Assembly (NCBI GenBank): GCA_002011815.1
Contig: MTOV01000002.1
Span: 3,246-67,245, forward strand
Length of the DNA stretch: 64,000 bases
Direction of reading: 5' to 3'
From: Nitrospirae bacterium JdFR-86
GTDB lineage: Bacteria > Nitrospirota > Thermodesulfovibrionia > Thermodesulfovibrionales > JdFR-86
Shown here: in pieces, positions 9,382 to 18,354 of the stretch
Layout of the letters: each line of letters begins with the position of its first letter
How positions within the stretch are numbered: the first letter of the stretch is position 1
Notes under the pieces: generated by a model
Databases searched by the model: none
Told to the model about the DNA's origin: nothing
Seen by the model: only the letters and a program-made list of their open reading frames with translations
Program-made: the position numbers and the translations under genes

Positions 9382-9661
9382 AATTACCGATAGAACTCTT
9401 GTTAGGGCTGGCGGCATTGGTGTAAACCTTATAACCCCATTGGAAAATCTCAGTGGAGCGAGGGCTGCCGGAGCGTTAAGAATTAATTCGTGTTTGAGGC
9501 GGAGCCGAGTTGGAATTAATTCAGCGGAGGCAGACTGAGCGGAACGCCCGGAGATTTTCCTTGGGCGCCCTTTTTTGGCACTTTTTTGGGCGAGCAAAAA
9601 AGTGCAAGGGATTTTGAACAGGATATTCTTCGAGAATGGGTAAAGACCAATACTGCCAGCC
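9381..9661 (+). repeat. structured intergenic repeat, copy B (most complete)
   Basis: 15-bp inverted termini are GCTGGCGGCATTGGT / ACCAATACTGCCAGC. The interior is a long imperfect hairpin followed by the hairpin GCACTTTTTTG-GGCGAG-CAAAAAAGTGC. It begins at the addA-like stop codon. Confidence 0.9.
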
Positions 9662-9727
9662 CTTTCAACTCCTTGCCAGTTTTTCTATCAGCGATTCCAG
9701 ATAGAGATATAGCCGTTTATAGCGATA

Positions 9728-9736
9728 TGCTAAAAT
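9728..9736 (+). promoter_or_regulatory. extended -10 element (TGcTAAAAT), 6 nt upstream of the oppB-like ATG
   Basis: Read directly. No Shine-Dalgarno lies between it and ATG 9743, and no good -35 is present. Confidence 0.35.
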
Positions 9737-9742
9737 AAAAAA

Positions 9743-10723
9743 ATGCTTCTCTATATTCTGAGAAGGCTTCTTTTGATGATTCCGCTTCTGTTTGGAATCA
9801 CCATCATCTCCTTTACCGTAATACATCTTGCCCCTGGAAGCCCTGTTGGAGTGCAGACAGAGATGTCGCTTAAGGCATCTGCACAGGCAAGGGAGAATCT
9901 GAAAAGACTCTACGGACTCGACAAACCCCTGCACATACAATATCTGAACTGGGTTAAAAGGTTTGTCAAACTCGATTTCGGAAAGTCCTTTGTTGATGGA
10001 AGAAAGGTAACAGACAAGATTCTCGAACGCATACCAAAGACACTGCTTATCAATGTGCTTTCAATCATACTGATATTGCTGATAGCCATTCCCATCGGGG
10101 TTCTTTCGGCAGTAAAGCAGTACTCCCTGTTTGACAAAATCGCCACTGTATTCGTATTTATAGGGTTTTCCACGCCTTCTTTCTGGCTTGCACTTCTTTT
10201 AATGATACTGTTTGGTGTGCAACTTGGGATTCTTCCTATATCAGGCTTTCAAAGCATAGATACCTCAGGGATGAGCACTTTCGAGAGAATCCTTGACATA
10301 GCCAAGCACCTGATACTGCCGGTGAGCATCTCAGCATTCGGAGGCATAGCCGGCATGTCCCGTTACAGCCGTTCAAGCATGCTGGAGGTCATAAGGCAGG
10401 ACTATATCAGAACGGCAAGGGCAAAAGGGCTTAGTGAATCAAGGGTAATCCTGAGGCATGCTTTTAAGAACGCTCTTATGCCTATAGTGACGATTCTGGG
10501 CTTGTCAGTGCCTGCACTAATAGGCGGAAGCGTTATCTTTGAAACCATATTTGCGATACCCGGGATGGGACAGCTTTTTTATGCTTCGACCATGGCAAGG
10601 GATTATCCAACTGTCATGGGCATACTGGTCATAGGTGCTGTCTTAACCCTGCTTGGAAACCTGATTGCAGACATATCGTATGCACTCGTAGACCCAAGGA
10701 TAAGGATAAAAGGCAGACAATGA
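9743..10723 (+). CDS. ABC transporter permease, oligopeptide/dipeptide (OppB/DppB) type
   Basis: 326 aa and polytopic. The N-terminus [24 protein letters not shown] and the overall pattern are typical of DppB/OppB permeases. It overlaps the next permease gene by 4 nt. Confidence 0.8.
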   Translation: MLLYILRRLLLMIPLLFGITIISFTVIHLAPGSPVGVQTEMSLKASAQARENLKRLYGLDKPLHIQYLNWVKRFVKLDFGKSFVDGRKVTDKILERIPKTLLINVLSIILILLIAIPIGVLSAVKQYSLFDKIATVFVFIGFSTPSFWLALLLMILFGVQLGILPISGFQSIDTSGMSTFERILDIAKHLILPVSISAFGGIAGMSRYSRSSMLEVIRQDYIRTARAKGLSESRVILRHAFKNALMPIVTILGLSVPALIGGSVIFETIFAIPGMGQLFYASTMARDYPTVMGILVIGAVLTLLGNLIADISYALVDPRIRIKGRQ

Positions 10724-11574
10724 GGCTTATCACTGTTACATGGAAAAGGTTTAAACGGAACAAGCTCTCGGTGGCAGGAGCAATCACTGTAATTGCTCTT
10801 ATGATTATTGCCATTTTAGCTCCGGTCATTGCCCCTTATGAGCCGACTGCCATTGACATCAACAACGTGCTCTCACCACCGAGCAGTGAACACCTGTTCG
10901 GAACGGACGACCTTGGCAGGGACGTGCTTTCAAGGATGATATGGGGAAGCAGGGTCTCTTTAAGAGTAGGCTTTGTTGCCGTGGGCATCGCCATAACTAT
11001 TGGAGTTATCATCGGTTCGATAGCCGGGTTTTACGGCGGAAAAGTGGACGCAGTGCTTATGAGGTTCGTTGACATAATGCTTACGTTTCCGACCTTCTTT
11101 TTGATTCTTGCGGTGATAGCCATAATGGAACCGAACATCTCCACAATCATGATTGTCATAGGAGTAACAGGCTGGATGGATGTTGCAAGGCTTGTAAGGG
11201 CAGAGTTTCTTACTCTTAAGGAAAGGGACTTTGTGCTTGCTGCAAAGGTCTCTGGCGCAAGCAACCTGAGGATTATATTCAGGCATATCCTGCCGAATGC
11301 GCTTTCACCGGTGTTCGTAGCAGCTACATTCGGCGTTGCCGGTGCAATACTGGTGGAGTCAGGGCTTTCATTTTTAGGGCTTGGTGTTCAGCCTCCGAAT
11401 CCGAGCTGGGGCAATATCCTCACTGCTGGAAAAGACAACATAGAAGTGGCATGGTGGCTTTCGTTATATCCTGGTCTGGCAATCCTCATTACAGTGCTGA
11501 GCTACAACCTTGTAGGCGAAGGACTCAGGGATGCACTCGACCCAAGGCTCTGGGAAACAGAAGAAGAATCATAA
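10720..11574 (+). CDS. ABC transporter permease, OppC/DppC type
   Basis: 284 aa and polytopic. It has a DppC-like N-terminal region ([20 protein letters not shown]). Confidence 0.8.
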   Translation: MRLITVTWKRFKRNKLSVAGAITVIALMIIAILAPVIAPYEPTAIDINNVLSPPSSEHLFGTDDLGRDVLSRMIWGSRVSLRVGFVAVGIAITIGVIIGSIAGFYGGKVDAVLMRFVDIMLTFPTFFLILAVIAIMEPNISTIMIVIGVTGWMDVARLVRAEFLTLKERDFVLAAKVSGASNLRIIFRHILPNALSPVFVAATFGVAGAILVESGLSFLGLGVQPPNPSWGNILTAGKDNIEVAWWLSLYPGLAILITVLSYNLVGEGLRDALDPRLWETEEES

Positions 11575-11579
11575 AATCT

Positions 11580-12140
11580 TTATTGTCCCTGGAAGTCTTT
11601 AATCGTTAGTATGGAATATACTGGATAGCCGAGTTTTTCGACGTTTTCTTTTCCGTTCTGTTCGCATCTGTCAAGCACCACAATCACTGCAAGAACGTTC
11701 AAGCCTGCCTCTTTTGCTATATTGATAGCCTTGATGGTAGAGCCTCCGGTAGTGAGCACATCATCCACTATGATTACATCATCGCCTTCTTTGACATTGC
11801 CTTCTATCTGAAGCCCTCTTCCATGGGTCTTCGGTTCTTTTCTTATGACAAACGCCTCAATAGGGTTACCTTTAAGATAAGAGCAATATGCAGTGGCTGA
11901 TGCTACAGGGTCAGCACCCATTGTCAAGCCCCCTACTGCTTTCGGCTTCAAGCCAAGCTTCTGAATCATGTCGTAAAGGAGGTTGCCAATAAGGTATTGC
12001 CCTTCAGGGGAAAGTGTAGTCAGCCTGAGGTCGAAATAAACATTGCTCATCTTGCCTGAGGATAACCTGAAGATAGGCTTGTCACTTTTTAAAAACGAAT
12101 GTGTCTTGACGTAGTTTATAAGTCTTTCTTTATTATCCAC
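11580..12140 (-). CDS. pyrE: orotate phosphoribosyltransferase
   Basis: 186 aa. It has the PRPP-binding loop VIIVDDVLTTGGS and a type I PRTase fold pattern. Confidence 0.8.
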   Translation of the reverse strand: MDNKERLINYVKTHSFLKSDKPIFRLSSGKMSNVYFDLRLTTLSPEGQYLIGNLLYDMIQKLGLKPKAVGGLTMGADPVASATAYCSYLKGNPIEAFVIRKEPKTHGRGLQIEGNVKEGDDVIIVDDVLTTGGSTIKAINIAKEAGLNVLAVIVVLDRCEQNGKENVEKLGYPVYSILTIKDFQGQ

Positions 12141-12221
12141 AGCAGGGAAATTCTATCAAAGCAGAGATTTAAAATACAACTCCCAGAAACGCCGATAGAA
12201 AAACAAACAGGGAACTTATCT

Positions 12222-12482
12222 AACCCCATTTGAAAATTTCAGGCTGACGAGGTCTGCCGAAGGGTTAAAAAATTTTAGTGTGTTTGAGGTCGATCCGACC
12301 GAGTTTGCAGAAATTTTACCGGAGGCAGACCGAGTAAGCCGCCCGGAAATTTTCATGGGGCGCCCTTTTTTGGCACTTTTTTGGGCGAGCAAAAAAGTGC
12401 AAGGCATTTTGAACAGGATGCCCCTTCGAGAATAAGTGAAGACCACTGCTGTCAGCATTAACAAGAGCTCTACCGGCAATTT
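12222..12482 (+). repeat. structured intergenic repeat, copy C (left terminus missing)
   Basis: It is collinear with copy B from AACCCCATTTGAAAATTTC onward. Stems carry compensatory changes. The right terminus is ACCACTGCTGTCAGC plus ATTAACAAGAGCTCTACCGGCAATTT. Confidence 0.85.
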
Positions 12483-12500
12483 CGGGTCAACCCGATTTCC

Positions 12501-13199
12501 TTGACAGACAACGTGTTTAATGGTATAACATCTCCTATGCTCATAAGGGTATTTTTAATATTCTGTTTGCTGTTATTAATGGCGTCCACTTCATATGCCG
12601 ATGTCTATAAGTACACCGACGAAAACGGTGTTATCCATTTCACAGACATACCACACGCAAATGCAAAAAAGATAAAAACCGTAAAAAGAGAAAACAAGAC
12701 AAGCGACAAGAATTACGAAAGCATAATAAACAAAGCGGCTGACAAATACCGCATTGACCCCATGCTCATCAAGGCGATTATAGCGGCTGAATCGAACTTC
12801 AATGCCCGTGCAGTATCGAAGAAAGGCGCAATGGGACTCATGCAGCTTATGCCGTCCACAGCCGTTGCCATGGGCGTGCTCAATCCATTTAACCCGGAGG
12901 AGAACATAGAAGGTGGAATCCGGTATTTAAAGCATTTACTTGAGAAGTTTGACGGCGACCTCAATCTTGCCCTTGCGGCATACAACGCAGGACCAACAAA
13001 TGTCAAAAAATACGGCAATGTACCGCCGATAAAAGAAACACAAAACTACATAAAGAAAGTATATTCTTTTTACAAGGGGAGTAAACGCATCCCGCAGCCG
13101 TCTAAACACCGCACTGTCATCTACAAGATTGTGCTTAAAGACGGAACAATACTTTTTACCAATTCAGGATTTTACAGAAAAAAGCCATCAAGACTTTAG
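12501..13199 (+). CDS. lytic transglycosylase (SLT domain) with DUF4124-like N-terminal domain
   Basis: It has VYKYTDENGVIHFTD, the SLT catalytic region AESNFNARAVSKKGAMGLMQLMP, and AYNAGP. The real start is probably ATG 12537, which gives the signal peptide MLIRVFLIFCLLLLMASTSYA. Confidence 0.75.
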   Translation: MTDNVFNGITSPMLIRVFLIFCLLLLMASTSYADVYKYTDENGVIHFTDIPHANAKKIKTVKRENKTSDKNYESIINKAADKYRIDPMLIKAIIAAESNFNARAVSKKGAMGLMQLMPSTAVAMGVLNPFNPEENIEGGIRYLKHLLEKFDGDLNLALAAYNAGPTNVKKYGNVPPIKETQNYIKKVYSFYKGSKRIPQPSKHRTVIYKIVLKDGTILFTNSGFYRKKPSRL

Positions 13200-14180
13200 A
13201 TGCACAGTTCTATTCAGGAAGAGATTTTAAAACTAAAGGAACAAAAGCGTGCCCTGATACTGGCGCATAACTATCAGAGGGACGAGGTGCAGGAGATAGC
13301 CGATTACACCGGCGACTCGCTTGAGCTTTCACGTACTGCCTCGACCATAGACTGCGATGTAATAGTGTTCTGCGGGGTTAATTTCATGGCTGAAAGCGCC
13401 TCGATTCTTTCCCCTGAAAAGACCGTGCTTTTGCCTGAAATCGGAGCCACTTGCCCAATGGCAGACATGATAAGGGTCAATGCTCCGAGAAAGCTCTGGA
13501 AGACATTTCCAGGCTATGAAGTGCAGCCCACGCTTGTTTTTCCGCCGGAGTTTACCCTGCGTGACATCAAGGCAAAATACCCGGGTGTGCCTGTCGTGGC
13601 TTATGTCAATACTACGGCAGAAGTCAAAGCGGAAAGCGACATATGCTGCACATCAGCCAATGTCGTAAAGGTCGTTGAATCACTGCCTGATGAAAAAATC
13701 ATCTGCATTCCTGACAGAAACCTCTCGATGTGGGCACAGAAAAACACGAAAAAAGAGATTATCGCATGGGACGGTTTCTGCCATGTGCATGACAGGGTCA
13801 CAAAAGAAGACGTAATCAGGGCAAGAAAAGAACACCCGAACGCAGTATTAATGGCTCACCCTGAATGCAGACCTGAAGTGCTCGAACTCGCAGACCATGT
13901 AACAAGCACATCAGGAATGTTGAGGTTTGTAAAATCATCCACTGAAAAGGAATTCATCGTGGGCACAGAACTCGGGCTCATGTACCGTCTTAAAAAAGAC
14001 AACCCTGACAAAATCTTTCATCCCCTTAGAAAAGACATGATATGCCCGAACATGAAAAAGACCACACTTAAGAGTGTCCTCAGGGCACTGAAAGAGATGA
14101 CACATGTCATTAAAGTCCCTGAGGACATAAGAATCCCTGCCAAAAAAGCACTTGACAGAATGCTTGAGATAAAGACTTAA
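13200..14180 (+). CDS. nadA: quinolinate synthase
   Basis: 326 aa. Motifs include ILAHNYQ, FCGVNFMAE, CPMADM, YVNTTAEVKA, HPEC and STSGM. Confidence 0.85.
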   Translation: MHSSIQEEILKLKEQKRALILAHNYQRDEVQEIADYTGDSLELSRTASTIDCDVIVFCGVNFMAESASILSPEKTVLLPEIGATCPMADMIRVNAPRKLWKTFPGYEVQPTLVFPPEFTLRDIKAKYPGVPVVAYVNTTAEVKAESDICCTSANVVKVVESLPDEKIICIPDRNLSMWAQKNTKKEIIAWDGFCHVHDRVTKEDVIRARKEHPNAVLMAHPECRPEVLELADHVTSTSGMLRFVKSSTEKEFIVGTELGLMYRLKKDNPDKIFHPLRKDMICPNMKKTTLKSVLRALKEMTHVIKVPEDIRIPAKKALDRMLEIKT

Positions 14181-14752
14181 AATTTCACTTCAGGTGCTTC
14201 TTTTTCAGCCTCCGGCACTTCGTAATACTCAGCAGGACCTATACCGGCAAGGGCTGCAAAGAACCTGCCGAAGACCGTCCTGATATAGGTATTCAGCATC
14301 TGGACTGCTTCGTTATAACGTTTTCTTTCCACTGCTATCCTGTTTTCCGTGCCTTCAAGGCTATCCTGAAGCTTAAGGAATGACTCATTGGCTTTAAGCT
14401 CAGGGTATCTTTCCTGCAGAAGAAGCAGTCTTGAGAGCACCCCTTCAAGACGGTTTGCTGCTGCAATCTTGTCTTTTACGTCTTTTGCCTGAAAATATTT
14501 AGTTCTTGCCTCTGCAATATTTTCAAAGAGCTCTTTTTCATGCGCTGCATAGCCCTTGACTGTTTCCACGAGATTCGGGATGAGGTCATATCTTCTTTTC
14601 AACTGGTTTTCGACCTGTGCCCACTTGCCCTTGACGTTCTCATCCATTGCGATGACATTGTTATAACCCTTGATGAGCCATCCGAAGATACCGAAACCGA
14701 TGAATAAAACGATACCGATAACTATCAGCGTAATCTTCAACCCTTTAGACAT
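14177..14752 (-). CDS. LemA family membrane protein
   Basis: 191 aa. It has one N-terminal TM helix and a LemA-like body (NVKGKWAQVENQLKRRYDLIPNLVETVKGYA). The stop overlaps the nadA stop convergently. Confidence 0.8.
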   Translation of the reverse strand: MSKGLKITLIVIGIVLFIGFGIFGWLIKGYNNVIAMDENVKGKWAQVENQLKRRYDLIPNLVETVKGYAAHEKELFENIAEARTKYFQAKDVKDKIAAANRLEGVLSRLLLLQERYPELKANESFLKLQDSLEGTENRIAVERKRYNEAVQMLNTYIRTVFGRFFAALAGIGPAEYYEVPEAEKEAPEVKF

Positions 14753-14783
14753 CGAATCCCCTCCTCTTTATCAGTTTATTATT

Positions 14784-15575
14784 TTACCATCCGCCTGTAG
14801 CACCACCGCCGCCGAAGCCGCCGCCTCCGCCACCGCCGAAACTGCCAAAGCCTCCGCCGCCGAAACCACCGCCACCGAAACCACCGCCCCAGTAACTTCT
14901 TCTTCCGCCCATTCCTGAAAACAGCAGAATCAGAAGCAGCAGCCTTGGATGCCTTATAAATAATATTACCAGACCTATAAGAACAAGAACCGAAAGCAAC
15001 GCACTTAAAAGACTCGGCTTGCCGGCAGGTCTTCCGCCATAGCCTCTTGTGTAAACAGGCCTCAGCTTTGGCATGCCTGTTATCTCAACCCCGTGCTCTT
15101 TTGCAATCTCCCCTGCTACTGCAAGCACTGCTGCGGCTATGCCGTTTGAGTAATCACCTTTTCTGAAAAACGGCACGATATACTGCCTGCCGATAGTCCC
15201 CACAAGGCTGTCAGGCAGTATGCCTTCAAGTCCGTATCCTATTTCAAACCTGTATTTCCTTTCTTTCATTGCGACCAGAAGCAGTGCGCCGTTGTCCTTG
15301 CCTTTCTGCCCGAGTTTCCATTTCTCTGCAACCTCAAGGGAAAAGTCCTCTATAGCCCTGCCCTCGAGTGTATCTATGGTCAGAACGACCATCTGCGCTG
15401 TGGTCTTCTGCTCAAGCTCCTGAAGAAAGCCGTTGAGCTTCATCTCAACGCCGTCATCCACGATACCTGCCATATCAACCACATACCTCGGCGGTACTTC
15501 AGGTATCTGAAGAGCAAAGGCAAGTGAACTGAATAAGACTAAGACAATGACAAATAGGCTATATCTTAATTTCAT
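14784..15575 (-). CDS. TPM-domain (YgcG-like) membrane protein with Gly-rich C-terminal tail
   Basis: 263 aa. It has a signal peptide, a TPM-like domain (VVDMAGIV...QMVVLTIDTLEG), a TM helix and a GGGFGGGGFGGGG tail. The LemA/TPM pairing is common. Confidence 0.7.
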   Translation of the reverse strand: MKLRYSLFVIVLVLFSSLAFALQIPEVPPRYVVDMAGIVDDGVEMKLNGFLQELEQKTTAQMVVLTIDTLEGRAIEDFSLEVAEKWKLGQKGKDNGALLLVAMKERKYRFEIGYGLEGILPDSLVGTIGRQYIVPFFRKGDYSNGIAAAVLAVAGEIAKEHGVEITGMPKLRPVYTRGYGGRPAGKPSLLSALLSVLVLIGLVILFIRHPRLLLLILLFSGMGGRRSYWGGGFGGGGFGGGGFGSFGGGGGGGFGGGGATGGW

Positions 15576-16305
15576 CTACTATCCTTCCGAGTTTTTCTGT
15601 AGCAGCGTAGTAATCCTCAAAAATAGTGTTAAGTTCTTCTATGGAGAGTTTTTTCTTCTCCTTTTTCTCCCAGAGCACTTTCTCAAACACATTGCAGTCA
15701 ACTCCTGTGACTTCGGACAATACCTTAATAACATCGTGCTGAAGCACAGGCGGTTGTTTCCCGAACAGCAAGATAATTCCCCTGAAAAGCGGCATGTATC
15801 CTGCAATGGAGCTTATAAAGCCTTCTGTAAGCGTCTTTGTATCGCCAAGTGATGAGATATACCCCTGTCTTAGCCAGATGAGTTTTGCTTTCAGTTCTCT
15901 TTCGCACTGGTGTCTGAGGTCGCTTATATGTATTTCTATGTCCTTCAAGATGTCTTCTCCAAAGACTGTCTCATGAATGAGCTTGAAGCTCAAAAACTCT
16001 ATTGGGAAGACATCAGTGGAGCTTTTGATATACTCAGGGGTCATTATAAGGGGTGCAGCCACTTTCTTCTTTCCGTATTTTTTGCCTCTGGGCGCAATCA
16101 CCTCAAGGAACTTTAAGTCCATCTTTTTAAGCACAAAAATGGAGTTGACATCAGATGTCTTGGGATTAAAGTCATCTGTTATAGAGCTTCCGACGATGTG
16201 GATGGAGTGGATGTTGTCCCTGTATCCGGAAAGCACCTCCTCGAGGAACGGCTTTATACGCTCCGAGACCTCTGGCTTAAGCCTGTCAAGTTTTAGCTCT
16301 GACAT
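15559..16305 (-). CDS. hypothetical protein, possible nucleotidyltransferase-fold N-terminus
   Basis: 248 aa. VGSSITDDFNPKTSDVNSIFV resembles the GS-x(n)-D-x-D NTase motif, but with Asn at the second acidic position. A GGGGG Shine-Dalgarno lies 6 nt upstream. The stop overlaps the TPM gene start by 17 nt. Confidence 0.4.
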   Translation of the reverse strand: MSELKLDRLKPEVSERIKPFLEEVLSGYRDNIHSIHIVGSSITDDFNPKTSDVNSIFVLKKMDLKFLEVIAPRGKKYGKKKVAAPLIMTPEYIKSSTDVFPIEFLSFKLIHETVFGEDILKDIEIHISDLRHQCERELKAKLIWLRQGYISSLGDTKTLTEGFISSIAGYMPLFRGIILLFGKQPPVLQHDVIKVLSEVTGVDCNVFEKVLWEKKEKKKLSIEELNTIFEDYYAATEKLGRIVDEIKI

Positions 16306-16333
16306 TCATACCCCCATAAAGAGTTAATTGTTA

Positions 16334-16342
16334 ATTATAACA
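16334..16342 (-). promoter_or_regulatory. extended -10 (TGTTATAAT on the minus strand) upstream of the NTase-like/TPM/LemA operon
   Basis: Read directly. It lies 29 nt upstream of ATG 16305, and the -35 is weak. Confidence 0.35.
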
Positions 16343-16474
16343 ATATTCAGTAGCTTGTTCACGCTTTAAATTCCAGCCAGCATCAAAATCCCAGGCTTAA
16401 AGGCAGAGGCTGATTTAGATACTTCCATTCCGGACTGTTCTTTTCAATACGGCAGGCAATGCTATGGAGAGCTG

Positions 16475-16921
16475 TTAATCTTGAATCTTTGACCTTGATT
16501 TTGCGATTCCTTTCTCAATATCAGAAAAAAATCTGGCAGTTGATTTACTTTGAATAACACTGGGACAAGCGAGCTCAACCAAGACCTCTAATTTTTCACT
16601 AAACCACCGCAGGTCATTAAGCATGGAAGGTAAGGCAAGAGTCACGAGATAATTAACTGCACGAACAAGTAAATTAGGGTCACAACCCTGATCGTTAATA
16701 AATTCAAGATATCTGACAGCTTCTTGAAAATAAGTGTCTGATACTTTTTGTATTTCCGCTAAATCGATTGGGGTTGTTTGCCATATAGCAATTCTGGCCA
16801 TTTCATCACAAGCAGAACGTAAAGCTTCCTCGTCTAACCCCCTGTGAGATGGAAAATGGGACAGTTGTACTTTTCTCTCCTCCCTCATTTCCCCTTTTGT
16901 CCTCTGATACAAGCAGGACAA
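16475..16921 (-). CDS. hypothetical protein (no recognisable motifs)
   Basis: 148-aa ORF from a TTG start, with an alternative ATG at 16888. It is flanked by noncoding DNA on both sides. I saw no motif I can name. Confidence 0.35.
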   Translation of the reverse strand: MSCLYQRTKGEMREERKVQLSHFPSHRGLDEEALRSACDEMARIAIWQTTPIDLAEIQKVSDTYFQEAVRYLEFINDQGCDPNLLVRAVNYLVTLALPSMLNDLRWFSEKLEVLVELACPSVIQSKSTARFFSDIEKGIAKSRSKIQD

Positions 16922-17038
16922 TTTTAGGTTGTAATTTACAAATTATTTACAGCCAAGTCAAGCAGTTCTTTCAGGAAAAACTCTTCATTTACGAAGTGCT
17001 ATCTGGTTCTAAAACTTATAAGGCCTGTGGCACGGAGG

Positions 17039-18346
17039 TCAATTGCCCCCTAAAAGTATAGAGCCCTGTGTAAAGAATGTTCCTGCTACTGAGGCGGTCA
17101 TAAGGCAGGCAAGGGTCGCAGCAAGAAGTGCTCTTAAGCCGACTGCCGAGAGGTCTTTTGTTCTTTCAGGCACAAGTGCAGCTATACCGCCTACGAATAT
17201 GGCAAGCGAGGCAACATGGGCAAAACCGCAGAGGGCATAAGCAGCAAGAAAAGCCGAACGCGGCTCTTTAATTGCACCGGAGGAAAGCACAACCTGAAGG
17301 TCTTGATAGGATTTTACCTCTGTAGCAACGGTTCTTTCGCCGATTATCTTTGCTACCTCAAAGGCATCAGAAGGCGGAACACCTATAACAAGAGTAAATG
17401 GATAGAACACATAACCTAAAAGCCCCTTTAGTGACCAGTCTATCTGGATGCCGAACAGGCTGTTCAGCCTCATCCCGACGCTTGTAAGAAAAAGGTCAAT
17501 CAAGGCTACAAGACCTAAAAAAGCCAAAAGCAGTGCCACGATTCCAAGCACGAGTTTAAGCCCTGCGTTTGCACCGTTTATAATCGCCTCTATAAGGGTG
17601 GATTCTTTTTCATACTGTGGGGTTACCTCTATTCCGAGTGTTTCGGGTTTTTCCGTCTCTGGCAGGATGAGTTTGGACATCACTATAGCTGCAGGTGCTG
17701 AAAGTATGGATGCTGAGACCAGATGCCCTGCTATCGTCGGGAACACGCCCTGAAGTATAAAGACATAAAGCGCCATAACGCTTGATGCAATGGTTGCCAT
17801 GCCTGCCGTAAGTATGGTGCATAACTCCGAGCGTGTCATTCCGGTAAGATACGGGCGGATTGTCATCGCGGATTCGATTCCCACGAAGATGTTGCTTGAT
17901 GCGCACAGGGATTCTGCCCCGCTTATTCTCATCAGCTTTGTGAACAATTTAGAAAAGACTTTTATCAGCCACGGCATCACCCCGACGTAGTAGAGAATAG
18001 CCATAAGGCTTGCAAAAAACACTATTGTAGGCAAAGCCTGAAACGCAAGGAAGAATCCAAGAGACTCCTCCCCCATCTCATTCGTAGTGCCCGGTGGCAG
18101 TGCAAGTCTTCCGAAAAGAAACCTTGTGCCTGCGCTTGCACTGTCAAGCACTTTTACAACAACGTCGTTTATGAACAGGAATATCTTGGTGCCGGCAGGC
18201 AGAACAAATATGAACAGTGCGAATATGAGCTGAAGTAAGACTCCCCAGAAGACAACACGCCAGTTGATTGTCCTTCTGTCAGAGGAAAGCACCCACGCAA
18301 AAGTCAGCAGGATAAATATTCCTGCAAAACTTACGAGGTTATACAT
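17039..18346 (-). CDS. nupC: concentrative nucleoside transporter (NupC/CNT family)
   Basis: 435 aa and polytopic. The central region SNIFVGIESAMTIRPYL..MTRSELCTILTAGMATIASSVMALY matches the conserved NupC core as I recall it. Confidence 0.8.
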   Translation of the reverse strand: MYNLVSFAGIFILLTFAWVLSSDRRTINWRVVFWGVLLQLIFALFIFVLPAGTKIFLFINDVVVKVLDSASAGTRFLFGRLALPPGTTNEMGEESLGFFLAFQALPTIVFFASLMAILYYVGVMPWLIKVFSKLFTKLMRISGAESLCASSNIFVGIESAMTIRPYLTGMTRSELCTILTAGMATIASSVMALYVFILQGVFPTIAGHLVSASILSAPAAIVMSKLILPETEKPETLGIEVTPQYEKESTLIEAIINGANAGLKLVLGIVALLLAFLGLVALIDLFLTSVGMRLNSLFGIQIDWSLKGLLGYVFYPFTLVIGVPPSDAFEVAKIIGERTVATEVKSYQDLQVVLSSGAIKEPRSAFLAAYALCGFAHVASLAIFVGGIAALVPERTKDLSAVGLRALLAATLACLMTASVAGTFFTQGSILLGGN

Positions 18347-18354
18347 CAGTTTAC

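Noticed and set aside
14800-14890. A GCC/GCCACC-rich simple-sequence tract.
   Set aside because: It is the coding sequence of the Gly-rich C-terminal tail (GGGFGGGG...) of the TPM-domain protein on the minus strand. It is not an independent element.
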